The notes: generated from the letters alone by a model not told the origin. Positions 1 through 8,452 are shown, counted from the stretch's first letter. The stretch: 30,767 bases of DNA from Aquificaceae bacterium (GCA_037924335.1 JAXSMZ010000019.1:1-30767); one strand, 5' to 3'. Translations and numbers: made by a program.

Positions 1-125
1 TGATACTTTGCATAGCAGATTAACATTGTAATGTCCGCTTCTATAAGCGTCAAGAGGTCTCTATATTTCTAAACTTCTATATACGTCAATAGATTTCTAT
101 ACATTCAGTGATTAGTTTCTAATAC
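1..125 (-). mobile_element. Left end and first codons of a tnpB-only IS (second copy of the element at 29955-30767), reading out of the window
   Basis: Positions 4-125 are the exact reverse complement of 29955-30076. Positions 1-3 match 30080-30082 after a 3-nt indel. The tnpB ATG is at 13..11 on the minus strand (MQSI...), with promoter TTGACG (53..48)-N17-TACAAT (30..25). Confidence 0.9.
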
Positions 126-520
126 ATAACATACCAGAGGGTTTTGGTGTCGGTGTATCCTCCGCTTACTCTATGGACAAGGGATACATAACAGCTATAG
201 CCATAGCCGTTCAGGACATACCAGAAGGCTTGATAGTGAGCCTTACCCTTATGGTCATGAAGGATAAGGTTTTGGTTCCTCTTACCGTTGGACTTGCAAG
301 CGGTGCTGTGGAAAGTCTTTTCTCTCTCTTGGGGTTTTATACCTTTGATGTTTTCAAAGAGGCATTGGCCTTCGGTCTAGGACTTGGTGGTGGTGCAATG
401 GTATACATAATAATAAAGGAGGTGTTCCCAGAGGTTTATTCGGATGGTTCCTCTCTTCTTTCAACTGTTGGCTTTTTGCTTGGTTTCCTTCTTATGCTTC
501 TTCTCGATACATCCCTTTAG
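125..520 (+). pseudogene. 3' half of a ZIP-family (ZupT/GufA-like) metal transporter, interrupted by the IS
   Basis: The frame of ORF 173..520 extends upstream to CAT at 125, giving HNIPEGFGVG...AIAIAVQDIPEG (ZIP TM4/TM5 signature). An in-frame TAG at 113-115 lies inside the IS end, and the N-terminal helices are absent. Confidence 0.88.
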
Positions 521-524
521 GAAG

Positions 525-726
525 GGAAGCGGGAAGCCTCCCCTTTTTCAGATGAAAGCGACCACTTGACAAATTGGATTATAATTACCCATAGCCCTGA
601 TAACAACGGGGCTGGGTTCATCCACCTTACGGATGGTAGGGCAGGAACTGTCCAAGCTAAAGCCTGTGGAGAGGTTAAAACCTCTATGAAGCAGGAAGCC
701 CTTCATTTCAATAAAGGGTAGTTCAT
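525..726 (+). mobile_element. Non-autonomous, ORF-less IS200/IS605-family remnant (PATE/MITE-like); left boundary uncertain (~516-566)
   Basis: The right end GCCTGTGGAG...TGAAGCAGGAAGCCC-hairpin-GGGTAGTTCAT is typical of IS605/IS1341-group right ends. There is a degenerate left-end-like GAAGCCTCCCC...GATGAAAGCG at 533-560, TATAAT at 580-585, and hairpins at 592-614 and 619-635. Confidence 0.7.
636..726 (+). ncRNA. Putative TnpB omegaRNA (reRNA) scaffold; the guide would be the flank from ~727
   Basis: Stems GGGCAG/CTGTCC (639-653), CCTGT/GCAGG enclosing AGAGGTT/AACCTCT (663-695) and CCCTT/AAGGG (699-718). GAACT (645-649) is complementary to AGTTC (720-724), as expected for the omegaRNA pseudoknot. 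Confidence 0.62.
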
Positions 727-747
727 CTTTTATAATTTCTCTTATAT

Positions 748-1857
748 ATGAAGAAGGTGATTTTTCCCATTCTGTTTTTTTTAGCAGTGCTTTCTCTTTT
801 TTACTTCTTAAACAGGAGCAACAAACCAAAACTTTTCTCCGTTGAGGAGAGGACATTAAGGAAGGTAGTATACGCCTCGGGTTACGTATATCCAATGGAT
901 TATGTGGTTATAAAGTCAGAGGTCTCTGGGTACGTGAAAGAGATAAAAGTAAAAGAAGGGGATAGGGTTAAAAAGGGTCAGGTTTTGGCAGTGCTTGACT
1001 ACGGACCTTTGGGAGCTTCTTTAAAAGAACTAGATTATAAGCTTGAACTCGTAAAGAAAAGGCTTGACGAAAACTCTGACTATATGAAAAGCTTGAAGGA
1101 GCAAGTAAGCATTGCAAAAAGGAACATGGAGCAAGCAGAGAAGGGTATGTTAAGGAGGAAGAGCCTCTTGGAACGTGGGCTTATACCAAAGGAGCAGTTT
1201 GAAGAAATAAAGAGGAACTACGAAAATGCAAGGAGCGAATATGAGCGGTCTCTCTCTCTGCAGAAGGATACCATAATCTCCCTAAGGTCGGAGGAAAGGT
1301 CTTTAGAGGCTTCTGTAAGAAGAGTAGAGGACGATATAAAAAGATACTACATAAGGAGTCCTATAGAAGGGGTAGTGTTGAACAAATATATACAGTTGGG
1401 TGATTACATAAACCATCTGAGCCAAGAAAACAAGCTTTTTAGCGTTGGGGATCCGAGGGGGTATGAGGTTGTTCTGTACGTTGATGAGGAGTTTGCTTGG
1501 GTTATAAAAGATGGTATGAAGGCTTTCCTTTACCTAGATGCATATCCAAACAAGGCCTTTGAAGGCCAAGTGATGCTTGTTAAAAATGAGTTAGACAGAA
1601 ATAAGAGAACTTTTGAGGTTAAGGTGAAAGCCAACCTTCCAAGGGATGTGCCAGCATACGCTACAGTTGAAGCCAACGTGCTCGTTAAAGAGAAAAAAGC
1701 ATTAGTCATCCCAACCTCTGCTTATAAGGACGGCTATGTATACAAGTATGAGCTTGTAAGGACAGTAAAGTTGCCCGTCAGAGTTGGAGAGGAGGTGGAC
1801 GGATACCTTGAAGTTATCGACGGTCTTAAAAAGGGAGATAAGGTTATAACAGAATGA
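748..1857 (+). CDS. Efflux periplasmic adaptor / membrane fusion protein (MacA/HlyD-like)
   Basis: N-terminal anchor, lipoyl-like halves (SEVSGYVKEIKVKEGDRVKKGQVL; IRSPIEGVV) flanking a long coiled coil; precedes an ABC permease and ATPase. Confidence 0.9.
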   Translation: MKKVIFPILFFLAVLSLFYFLNRSNKPKLFSVEERTLRKVVYASGYVYPMDYVVIKSEVSGYVKEIKVKEGDRVKKGQVLAVLDYGPLGASLKELDYKLELVKKRLDENSDYMKSLKEQVSIAKRNMEQAEKGMLRRKSLLERGLIPKEQFEEIKRNYENARSEYERSLSLQKDTIISLRSEERSLEASVRRVEDDIKRYYIRSPIEGVVLNKYIQLGDYINHLSQENKLFSVGDPRGYEVVLYVDEEFAWVIKDGMKAFLYLDAYPNKAFEGQVMLVKNELDRNKRTFEVKVKANLPRDVPAYATVEANVLVKEKKALVIPTSAYKDGYVYKYELVRTVKLPVRVGEEVDGYLEVIDGLKKGDKVITE

Positions 1858-3098
1858 GGTACATACTCTTTATAGTTTCCAAGCTTCTTTTGGAAAGAAA
1901 GAGACAGACGATCGTATCCATAGCTGGTGTTGCTATAGGGGTTTGCGCTCTTATAGTCATGAGCTCTTTAATGTTTGGGTTTCAAAAGTACTTTATAAAC
2001 CAGGTTATAGACTTAGAACCTCACATAAGCATAAAACCAAAAGAATACGGAGACGAGAAGAAGATAGCGCGTATGATAGACCCAGATGGTCTTTGGGATG
2101 TGATGGGTAGCAAACCAAAGGAGAAAGATAAGATCATCGGTTGGAGGGAGCTCATCAATCGCATAGAAAGGAGGGATGATGTGATGGGCTTGGCTCCCCA
2201 TCTCGTTGTAAAGGGCATAATAAAGTATGGGATAAAAGAGAAGCCTGTTACTATCATAGGTATAGACCCAGATTTGGAACCAAAGGCGTCTGTAATAGAG
2301 AGGTTCCTTGAGTATAAAAGGCTCAGTAGCTTAAAGACCAACAGGGATACTCTAATAATTGGTAGGCTCGTTGCAAAAGACCTTGGTATAAAGGATGTGG
2401 GGAAAAAAGTGTTAGTTATGTTTCCTACTGGCAGTACTCGCATATTAAAGATAGAGGATTTTTTTAACTCAGGAATAACAAACATAGATAACTCAAGAGT
2501 TTATATGAATATGAGAGCGGTTCAAGGTCTTATGGACAGGACGGACGAAGTCAACGAGATAGCAATAAAGGTCAAGGATGTAAACCAAGCCGAGAGGATA
2601 GCATCAGAGCTTCAAAAGACAACAGAATACCATGTGGAGAGCTGGCAGAGAGCTTACATTAACTTTTTACAGATATTTAAGATACAGAACACAATAACTT
2701 ACCTGATAGTGCTTTCTATCTTGACAGTTTCAGCCTTTGGCATCTTTAACATCATAATGATGACTGTTCTGGAAAAAAAGAGGGACATTGCCATACTTAT
2801 GGCAATGGGCTACACAAGAAAAGATGTTCTAAGCCTTTTTTTAACCCAGGGTATGATAGTTGGCCTTTGCGGTGCATTGCTTGGTTCCCTTATGGGATAT
2901 GGCCTACAGGAGTATCTGTCATCTGTAAAGCTTGAAGTGGAAGGTCTTATAAGAACAAAAGGTTTCATGTTGGACAGAAGCTTCTCCTATTACATCTATG
3001 GGTTCTTCTTTTCCATGTTCTTTTCCTTCCTTGCCAGCTTTTACCCATCTTACAGGGCGAGCAAGCTAGACCCTGTGGAAATATTCAGGAGTGCATAA
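1854..3098 (+). CDS. ABC transporter permease, MacB/LolC-E/FtsX family
   Basis: One N-terminal TM, large periplasmic domain, three C-terminal TMs; motifs EKKRDIAILMAMG and PSYRASKLDPVE; ATGA overlap with the upstream gene. Confidence 0.92.
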   Translation: MRYILFIVSKLLLERKRQTIVSIAGVAIGVCALIVMSSLMFGFQKYFINQVIDLEPHISIKPKEYGDEKKIARMIDPDGLWDVMGSKPKEKDKIIGWRELINRIERRDDVMGLAPHLVVKGIIKYGIKEKPVTIIGIDPDLEPKASVIERFLEYKRLSSLKTNRDTLIIGRLVAKDLGIKDVGKKVLVMFPTGSTRILKIEDFFNSGITNIDNSRVYMNMRAVQGLMDRTDEVNEIAIKVKDVNQAERIASELQKTTEYHVESWQRAYINFLQIFKIQNTITYLIVLSILTVSAFGIFNIIMMTVLEKKRDIAILMAMGYTRKDVLSLFLTQGMIVGLCGALLGSLMGYGLQEYLSSVKLEVEGLIRTKGFMLDRSFSYYIYGFFFSMFFSFLASFYPSYRASKLDPVEIFRSA

Positions 3099-3765
3099 CT
3101 TGGAAAGCCCAGTTATTGAACTTATTAACATAAAAAAGAGCATAAGAGAGGAAGAAATACTGAAAGGGATAAGCCTTAAAGTATGCAAGGGCGAGTTTGT
3201 GGCCATAATGGGAGCCTCTGGCTCTGGAAAAAGCTCTCTACTTTACATAATGGGGCTTTTGGATAGGCCTACCTCTGGAGAGGTCCTCTTCAAAGGTCAA
3301 AGAACGGATTTTCAAAAAGGAGAAGAGCTTTCCAAGGTCAGGAACGAAAGCATAGGCTTTGTGTTCCAGTTTCACTATCTTCTCCCAGAGTTTACCCTTC
3401 TTGAAAATGTGATGGTACCTATGTTAAAAAGAGGAACCTACGTAGATGAGGCAAAGGAAAAAGCCTATGACCTTTTGAGCAGGTTGAGTCTAAAAGGAAA
3501 GGAAAACAGAAAGATATATCAAATATCTGGAGGGGAGATGCAGAGGGTAGCAATAGCAAGAGCTTTAGCAAACGAGCCAGAGCTTTTCCTCGCTGATGAA
3601 CCAACGGGAAACTTAGACAGCAAGAACACACAGATGGTCATGGACATTTTTCAGGATATAAACGCAACGGGAAAAACCATAGTCATGGTAACTCACGATA
3701 TACAGGTTGCAAAAAGGGCTAAAAGGATAGTAGAGATGAAGGATGGGCAGGTTATAGGCTACTGA
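3091..3765 (+). CDS. ABC transporter ATP-binding protein, LolD/MacB-type
   Basis: Walker A GASGSGKS, IGFVFQFHYLL, signature ISGGEMQRVAIARAL, LADEPTGNLD, VTHD. Confidence 0.95.
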   Translation: MHNLESPVIELINIKKSIREEEILKGISLKVCKGEFVAIMGASGSGKSSLLYIMGLLDRPTSGEVLFKGQRTDFQKGEELSKVRNESIGFVFQFHYLLPEFTLLENVMVPMLKRGTYVDEAKEKAYDLLSRLSLKGKENRKIYQISGGEMQRVAIARALANEPELFLADEPTGNLDSKNTQMVMDIFQDINATGKTIVMVTHDIQVAKRAKRIVEMKDGQVIGY

Positions 3766-3799
3766 TAATATTAGTGTATATTCATTATATTTTTATAAC

Positions 3800-3828
3800 T
3801 TGACAAATTTATAAGGAAAACTTATACT
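3800..3828 (+). promoter_or_regulatory. sigma70-type promoter of the molybdoenzyme operon
   Basis: TTGACA (3800-3805)-N17-TATACT (3823-3828); RBS AAGGAGGT at 3857-3864 before ATG 3870. Confidence 0.8.
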
Positions 3829-3837
3829 AAACATAAG
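3810..3837. promoter_or_regulatory. Palindromic operator TATAAG-N5-CTTATA plus a third half-site (LysR-like T-N11-A)
   Basis: TATAAGgaaaaCTTATA at 3810-3826, then ATAAG at 3833-3837; a near-identical motif is present at 29885-29912. Confidence 0.55.
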
Positions 3838-3849
3838 TGATTTATATCA
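3838..3849. promoter_or_regulatory. Possible Crp/Fnr/Dnr-family box
   Basis: TGAT-ttat-ATCA, the core of the TTGAT-N4-ATCAA consensus, just downstream of the -10. Confidence 0.4.
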
Positions 3850-3869
3850 TCTTAGGAAGGAGGTGACAC

Positions 3870-6800
3870 ATGAGTGAAGTCACAAGAAGGGAACTGCTAA
3901 AAGGAGGGCTATCCCTTGCAACTCTAATAAGTCCTTCCTTCGCCTTCAAAGTTATGGAGCCTGTAGTTAAGGTGGAAAATCCCATACTTTACTATCCCAA
4001 CAGAGACTGGGAAAGGTTCTACAGGGATATATTCAGGTCTGAGAGTACCTTTACCTTTCTTTGCGCTCCAAACGATACCCACAACTGTCTCTTAACTGCT
4101 TGTGTTAAAAACGGAGTTGTAACCAGGATTGAGCCTACTTACAAGTTTGGAGAGGCAACGGACATCTATGGCCTTAAGGCATCCCACAGATGGGACCCAA
4201 GGTGTTGCAACAAAGGGCTTGCTCTTATGAGAAGGTTTTACGGAGACAGAAGGGTAAAGGGTCCCATGATAAGGACTGGGTTCTATCAGTGGTACAAGGA
4301 TGGTTTTCCAAGAGACCCAAAGACAGGCAAGCCACCGGAGAAATACTTTCAAAGGGGTAAGGACAAGTTCATAAAGGTCACTTGGGATGAAGTATCTGAC
4401 ATCATAGCAAAGACCATGATAAACATAGCTACCACCTACTCTGGTGAGGAGGGAAGAAAGAGGCTTGAAGCTCAAGGACACTATCCAAAACCAATGATAG
4501 ATGCCATGGAGAGTGCAGGAACAAGGACTCTAAAGTTTAGAGGTTCCATGCCCTTCCTCGCAGTTGTAAGGTACACATCCCCTTATAGAATGGCAAACAC
4601 GATGGCCATATTGGACAGCCACATAAGGGGAGTTGGACCAGATAAGGCTCTTGGAGGAAGGGGTTGGGATAACTACGCCTTCCATACAGACCTTGCACCA
4701 GGACATCCTATGGTAAGCGGTCAGCAGAACACAGACTATGATCTCTGTATGTGGGAGTACTCAAAGCTGAACATACTTTGGGGAATGAATCCCTTTACAA
4801 CAAAGATGCCAGATTGTCATTGGCTTACTGAAGCAAGGATAAAAGGTTCCAAGGTTATAGTCATATCCAACGACTACTCTCCTACCGCAAGGTCTGCGGA
4901 TGAGGTCATCATAGTAAGAACTGGGACGGATACTGCCTTGGCTCTATCGATAGCCTATGTGATAATGAAAGAAAAGCTTTATCAGGAAAAGTACGTAAAG
5001 AGCTTTACCGATATGCCCCTTCTTGTAAGGATGGACAACGGAAAGGTTTTAAGGGCAAGGGATATAGTACCCAACTACCAGCCAAAAGAACTAAAGAAGG
5101 CTGTTATCCTCAAACCGGGTGAGTCATTCCCACCTTTCTTCAAACAGGAAAAGCAGTACATACCAGAAGCCATAAGAAGGGAAGATATGAACGACTTTGT
5201 TGTATGGGACAAAAGGAGTGATTCTCCAAAGGTAATAACAAGAGATGATGTGGGGGAGGACTTCTGGAAGCTTGGCATAGACCCGGCCCTTGAGGGAACT
5301 TACAGAGTGAAAACCGTTGATGGAAAGGAGGTGGAGGTAAAGCCACTTTTCCAAGTTTACCTTGAGTTCTTTGAAAAGAACTATACACCCAAGCAAGCTG
5401 AGATAATAACTGGGGTACCATCCAAAAAAATAGAAAAGCTGGCAAGAGAGATAGCTTCACATCCCAGGAATATGAAGCTCTCCCAAGGAATGGGAGTAAA
5501 CCAATACCAGCATGGAGACCTAAAAGACAGGGCTATGTACATGGTATGTGCCCTCACGGATAACATAGGCCATGCTACTGGGAACATTGGCTCTTACGCA
5601 GGGAACTTCAGGCTTGCCCTCTTTAACGGTGCTCCCCAGTATCTTGCGGAAGACCCTTTCAACGTAGAGTTAGACCCCAACAAACCTGCAAAGGTTAAGT
5701 TCTATTGGAAGCCAGAGTCCGCCCATTACTATTCCCACGATGACCACCCACAATATATGGGAGAGCATCTCTTAACTGGGAAGACTCATCTTCCAACACC
5801 AACCAAGTTCATATGGTTTGTGGATGCCAACTCTACCCTTGGAAACGCCAAATGGCAATATAACATCATCATGAACACACTTCCAAAGATAGAGTGTATA
5901 GTTACCAACGAATGGTGGTGGTCCATGACCTGTGAATATTCAGACATAGTCCTTGGTGTGGATGCTTGGAATGAGAACAAGTACTGGGACATTGCAGGGT
6001 CTGTAACGAATCCATTTGTATACGTATGGCCAAAGACTGGACACAGAAGAATGTACGATACGAAGAACGATGCAGAAACTTTTGCTCTTGTGGCTAACAG
6101 ACTGACAGAGCTTACTGGGGATGAACGCTTTAGAAATTACTGGAAGTTTGCTATTGAAGGAAAGCAGGATGTGGTTTATGTACAGAGAATAATAAACGCC
6201 TCTTCAAACCTAAGAGGATACAAGCTTGAAGAGATAGCAAAGAAAGCTCATAAAGGTATACCATCCCTCATAATGACAAGAACGTATCCAAAGTATGTTG
6301 GAAAGGACCAGACAGAAGAAGGAATGCCGTGGTACACAAAGAGTGGGAGGCTTGAGTTCTACAGAGAGGAGCAAGAATTTATGAATGCTGGAGAGAATTT
6401 GCCAGTTTACAGAGAGCCAGTCGATTCAACCCATTACGAACCAAACGTCATAGTTGCAAAACCTCATAAACTCCTAAAGCCCAAGAAGCCCGAGGACTAC
6501 GGCATAAAAAGCGAGGATGCCCTCTTGAGTACAGAGTGGAGACAAGCAAGGAACGTACTGGTATCTCCTGAACATCTTCCCAAGACAAAGCATCCCTTGA
6601 GAGTCTCCTTTGGAGCATCCCATATAGTCCACACGCCCAAGTACAGACACTCTGCTCACACCACCACAGGAGACACAGATATCACAGTCCTTCTCTTTGG
6701 TCCATTTGGAGATATATACAGACACGATAAAAGAATGCCCTTTGTTTCCGAAGCTTACATTGATATAAACCCAAAGGACTTAGAAAAATTGGGAATAAAG

Positions 6801-7331
6801 GATGGGGACTATGTTTGGGTTGATGCAGACCCTCAAGATAGGCCCTTCGTTGGATGGAACAAAAGACCAGAAGACTACGAAGTAGGGAGGCTTCTCATCA
6901 GGGCAAGGGCATCCAACAATACACCCACAGGATGCGCCAAGATATGGTTTAACATGTATGGTTCCTCCCACGGTTCTGTTATGGGAACTAAGAAGAATCC
7001 AAACGGATTGGCTAAAAACCCTCAAACAGGCTACCAATCCCTTTACAGGAGAGGAAGCCATCAGACTGTAACGAGAGGATGGCTAAAACCCACTTATCAA
7101 ACAGATACACTGATAAGAAAGAACTTGATGGGACAGGTCATAGGTAAGGGGTTTGAGCTTGATGTGCACAGTCCCATAGGTGCACCAAGGGAAGGTTTTG
7201 CCAAGGTAACAAAGGCGGAGGATGGTGGAATAGGTGGTAAGGGAGTATGGAGACCTCTAAGGCTTGGCTTTAGGCCTATGGCAGCAAACGAAATGCTAAA
7301 GAAGTACATAAGGGCTGAGTATATAAAGTAA
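3870..7331 (+). CDS. narG: TAT-exported Mo-bisPGD type II DMSO-reductase-family alpha subunit; periplasmic nitrate reductase (NarG)/NxrA-like
   Basis: TAT motif TRRELLK; FS0 motif CAPNDTHNC...PRCCNKG (C-x3-D-x3-C type of Nitrospira/anammox NxrA); candidate Mo-ligand Asp in WDNYAFHTDLAPGHP; WYTKSGRLEFY; TPKYRHSAHT; 1153 aa. Confidence 0.85.
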   Translation: MSEVTRRELLKGGLSLATLISPSFAFKVMEPVVKVENPILYYPNRDWERFYRDIFRSESTFTFLCAPNDTHNCLLTACVKNGVVTRIEPTYKFGEATDIYGLKASHRWDPRCCNKGLALMRRFYGDRRVKGPMIRTGFYQWYKDGFPRDPKTGKPPEKYFQRGKDKFIKVTWDEVSDIIAKTMINIATTYSGEEGRKRLEAQGHYPKPMIDAMESAGTRTLKFRGSMPFLAVVRYTSPYRMANTMAILDSHIRGVGPDKALGGRGWDNYAFHTDLAPGHPMVSGQQNTDYDLCMWEYSKLNILWGMNPFTTKMPDCHWLTEARIKGSKVIVISNDYSPTARSADEVIIVRTGTDTALALSIAYVIMKEKLYQEKYVKSFTDMPLLVRMDNGKVLRARDIVPNYQPKELKKAVILKPGESFPPFFKQEKQYIPEAIRREDMNDFVVWDKRSDSPKVITRDDVGEDFWKLGIDPALEGTYRVKTVDGKEVEVKPLFQVYLEFFEKNYTPKQAEIITGVPSKKIEKLAREIASHPRNMKLSQGMGVNQYQHGDLKDRAMYMVCALTDNIGHATGNIGSYAGNFRLALFNGAPQYLAEDPFNVELDPNKPAKVKFYWKPESAHYYSHDDHPQYMGEHLLTGKTHLPTPTKFIWFVDANSTLGNAKWQYNIIMNTLPKIECIVTNEWWWSMTCEYSDIVLGVDAWNENKYWDIAGSVTNPFVYVWPKTGHRRMYDTKNDAETFALVANRLTELTGDERFRNYWKFAIEGKQDVVYVQRIINASSNLRGYKLEEIAKKAHKGIPSLIMTRTYPKYVGKDQTEEGMPWYTKSGRLEFYREEQEFMNAGENLPVYREPVDSTHYEPNVIVAKPHKLLKPKKPEDYGIKSEDALLSTEWRQARNVLVSPEHLPKTKHPLRVSFGASHIVHTPKYRHSAHTTTGDTDITVLLFGPFGDIYRHDKRMPFVSEAYIDINPKDLEKLGIKDGDYVWVDADPQDRPFVGWNKRPEDYEVGRLLIRARASNNTPTGCAKIWFNMYGSSHGSVMGTKKNPNGLAKNPQTGYQSLYRRGSHQTVTRGWLKPTYQTDTLIRKNLMGQVIGKGFELDVHSPIGAPREGFAKVTKAEDGGIGGKGVWRPLRLGFRPMAANEMLKKYIRAEYIK

Positions 7332-7342
7332 GGAGGATAAAC

Positions 7343-8452
7343 ATGGCTAAAGCTTTCAACTGGCAATTAAAGAGAGAGGTAGAGTATCCCTACGAAGCTA
7401 AGAGGCCAAAAAGGCAGTTTGCTGTTGTTATGGACCTCAATAAGTGCATAGCATGTCAGACATGCACGATAGCCTGTAAGACCACTTGGACACCGGGAAG
7501 AGGTCAGGAGTACATGCTCTGGAACAATGTAGAAACTAAACCTTGGGGTTTTTATCCTCTCGGTTGGGATGTAAGGCTCCTGGAACTTTTGGATGGAAAT
7601 AAGAAAAACGTCTTTGATGCGCCAGAGGGAGAAAGGATATTGGGTTGGAAGCCAGATGATATGGACTGGATACATCCAAACATAGGCGAGGATGAGGTTA
7701 ACGACCCTGTTGATATAGGTACTGTTCTTGAAATCCTTCCACATCCTATATGGATGTTCTATCTTCCGCGTATATGCAACCACTGTACGTATCCAGCTTG
7801 CGTTGCCGCCTGCCCAAGACAGGCTATATACAAAAGGGAAGAAGACGGAATCGTTCTCATAGACCCAGAAAGGTGTGAAGGATATCAAGAGTGCATAAAG
7901 GCTTGTCCTTACAAGAAGACCATGTTCAACTTTGTTGCAAGGATATCTCAAAAGTGTATAGGCTGTTTTCCAAGAGTGGAGGAAAGCCTTCAACCCCAGT
8001 GCGTTATAACCTGCATAGGTAAGATAAGGCTTATGGGTTTTATAAATCCACCAGAGAAGGCAAGACCAGAAAACCCGATAGACTTCCTTGTGCATGTAAA
8101 AAAGGTTGCCCTTCCCCTTTATCCTCAAACAGGAATTGAACCAAATGTTTACTACATACCACCAATAAACGTTCCTACTAAGTTCCTAAGGCAGATGTTC
8201 GGTGATGGCGCAGAGCATGCAGTAAAGACCTACATGGCTATGAGGGAAGGTAAAGAGCCAGAACTTAAGGCGCTCTTGCACCTTTTTGGGTCAACTCCAA
8301 GAATTCCACATTCCTTTGCAGTAGGACCGACTGAGGTTATAGCCTTTGATGAGAAAGGGAAGGAGATGGTCAGAGTGCCATTTGTAGAACCTTTGCAGTT
8401 TAGACCGCACAAGGATGAAAGGCTTGAAGTTGTCAGGCAAGATATACCTTAA
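7343..8452 (+). CDS. narH: Fe-S beta subunit (NarH/NxrB/EbdB-like)
   Basis: DLNKCIACQTCTIACK, WNNVETKP, CNHCTYPACVAACP, CEGYQECIKACP, CIGC...CVITC, LPLYPQTGIEPNVYYIPP. Confidence 0.88.
   Translation: MAKAFNWQLKREVEYPYEAKRPKRQFAVVMDLNKCIACQTCTIACKTTWTPGRGQEYMLWNNVETKPWGFYPLGWDVRLLELLDGNKKNVFDAPEGERILGWKPDDMDWIHPNIGEDEVNDPVDIGTVLEILPHPIWMFYLPRICNHCTYPACVAACPRQAIYKREEDGIVLIDPERCEGYQECIKACPYKKTMFNFVARISQKCIGCFPRVEESLQPQCVITCIGKIRLMGFINPPEKARPENPIDFLVHVKKVALPLYPQTGIEPNVYYIPPINVPTKFLRQMFGDGAEHAVKTYMAMREGKEPELKALLHLFGSTPRIPHSFAVGPTEVIAFDEKGKEMVRVPFVEPLQFRPHKDERLEVVRQDIP

Noticed and set aside
521..548. GC-rich hairpin plus T-run as an intrinsic terminator of the ZIP gene
   Set aside because: The stem is mismatched on the plus strand, and the sequence is equally explained as a decayed IS605 left end; not called separately.
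566..585. TTGACA and TATAAT as a canonical sigma70 pair
   Set aside because: The spacer is only 8 nt, so they cannot act together; only the -10 is used as weak evidence.
590..726. 6S RNA, riboswitch or SRP RNA as identity of the structured region
   Set aside because: No long closing rod or recognisable aptamer motif; the 3' GAAGCAGGAAGCCC...GGGTAGTTCA pattern fits an IS605 right end better.
548..895. 115-aa minus-strand ORF
   Set aside because: It overlaps the adaptor gene antisense and runs through the structured IS605-type remnant; no recognisable protein motif.
3772..3800. ModE-like TATAT repeats upstream of the molybdoenzyme operon
   Set aside because: The spacing does not fit the ModE box and the CG flanks are missing; likely AT-rich background or an UP element.
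7367..8128. 253-aa antisense ORF opposite the beta subunit, and the many other antisense or nested ORFs in the track
   Set aside because: Shadow frames of well-supported genes, with no RBS or motifs.
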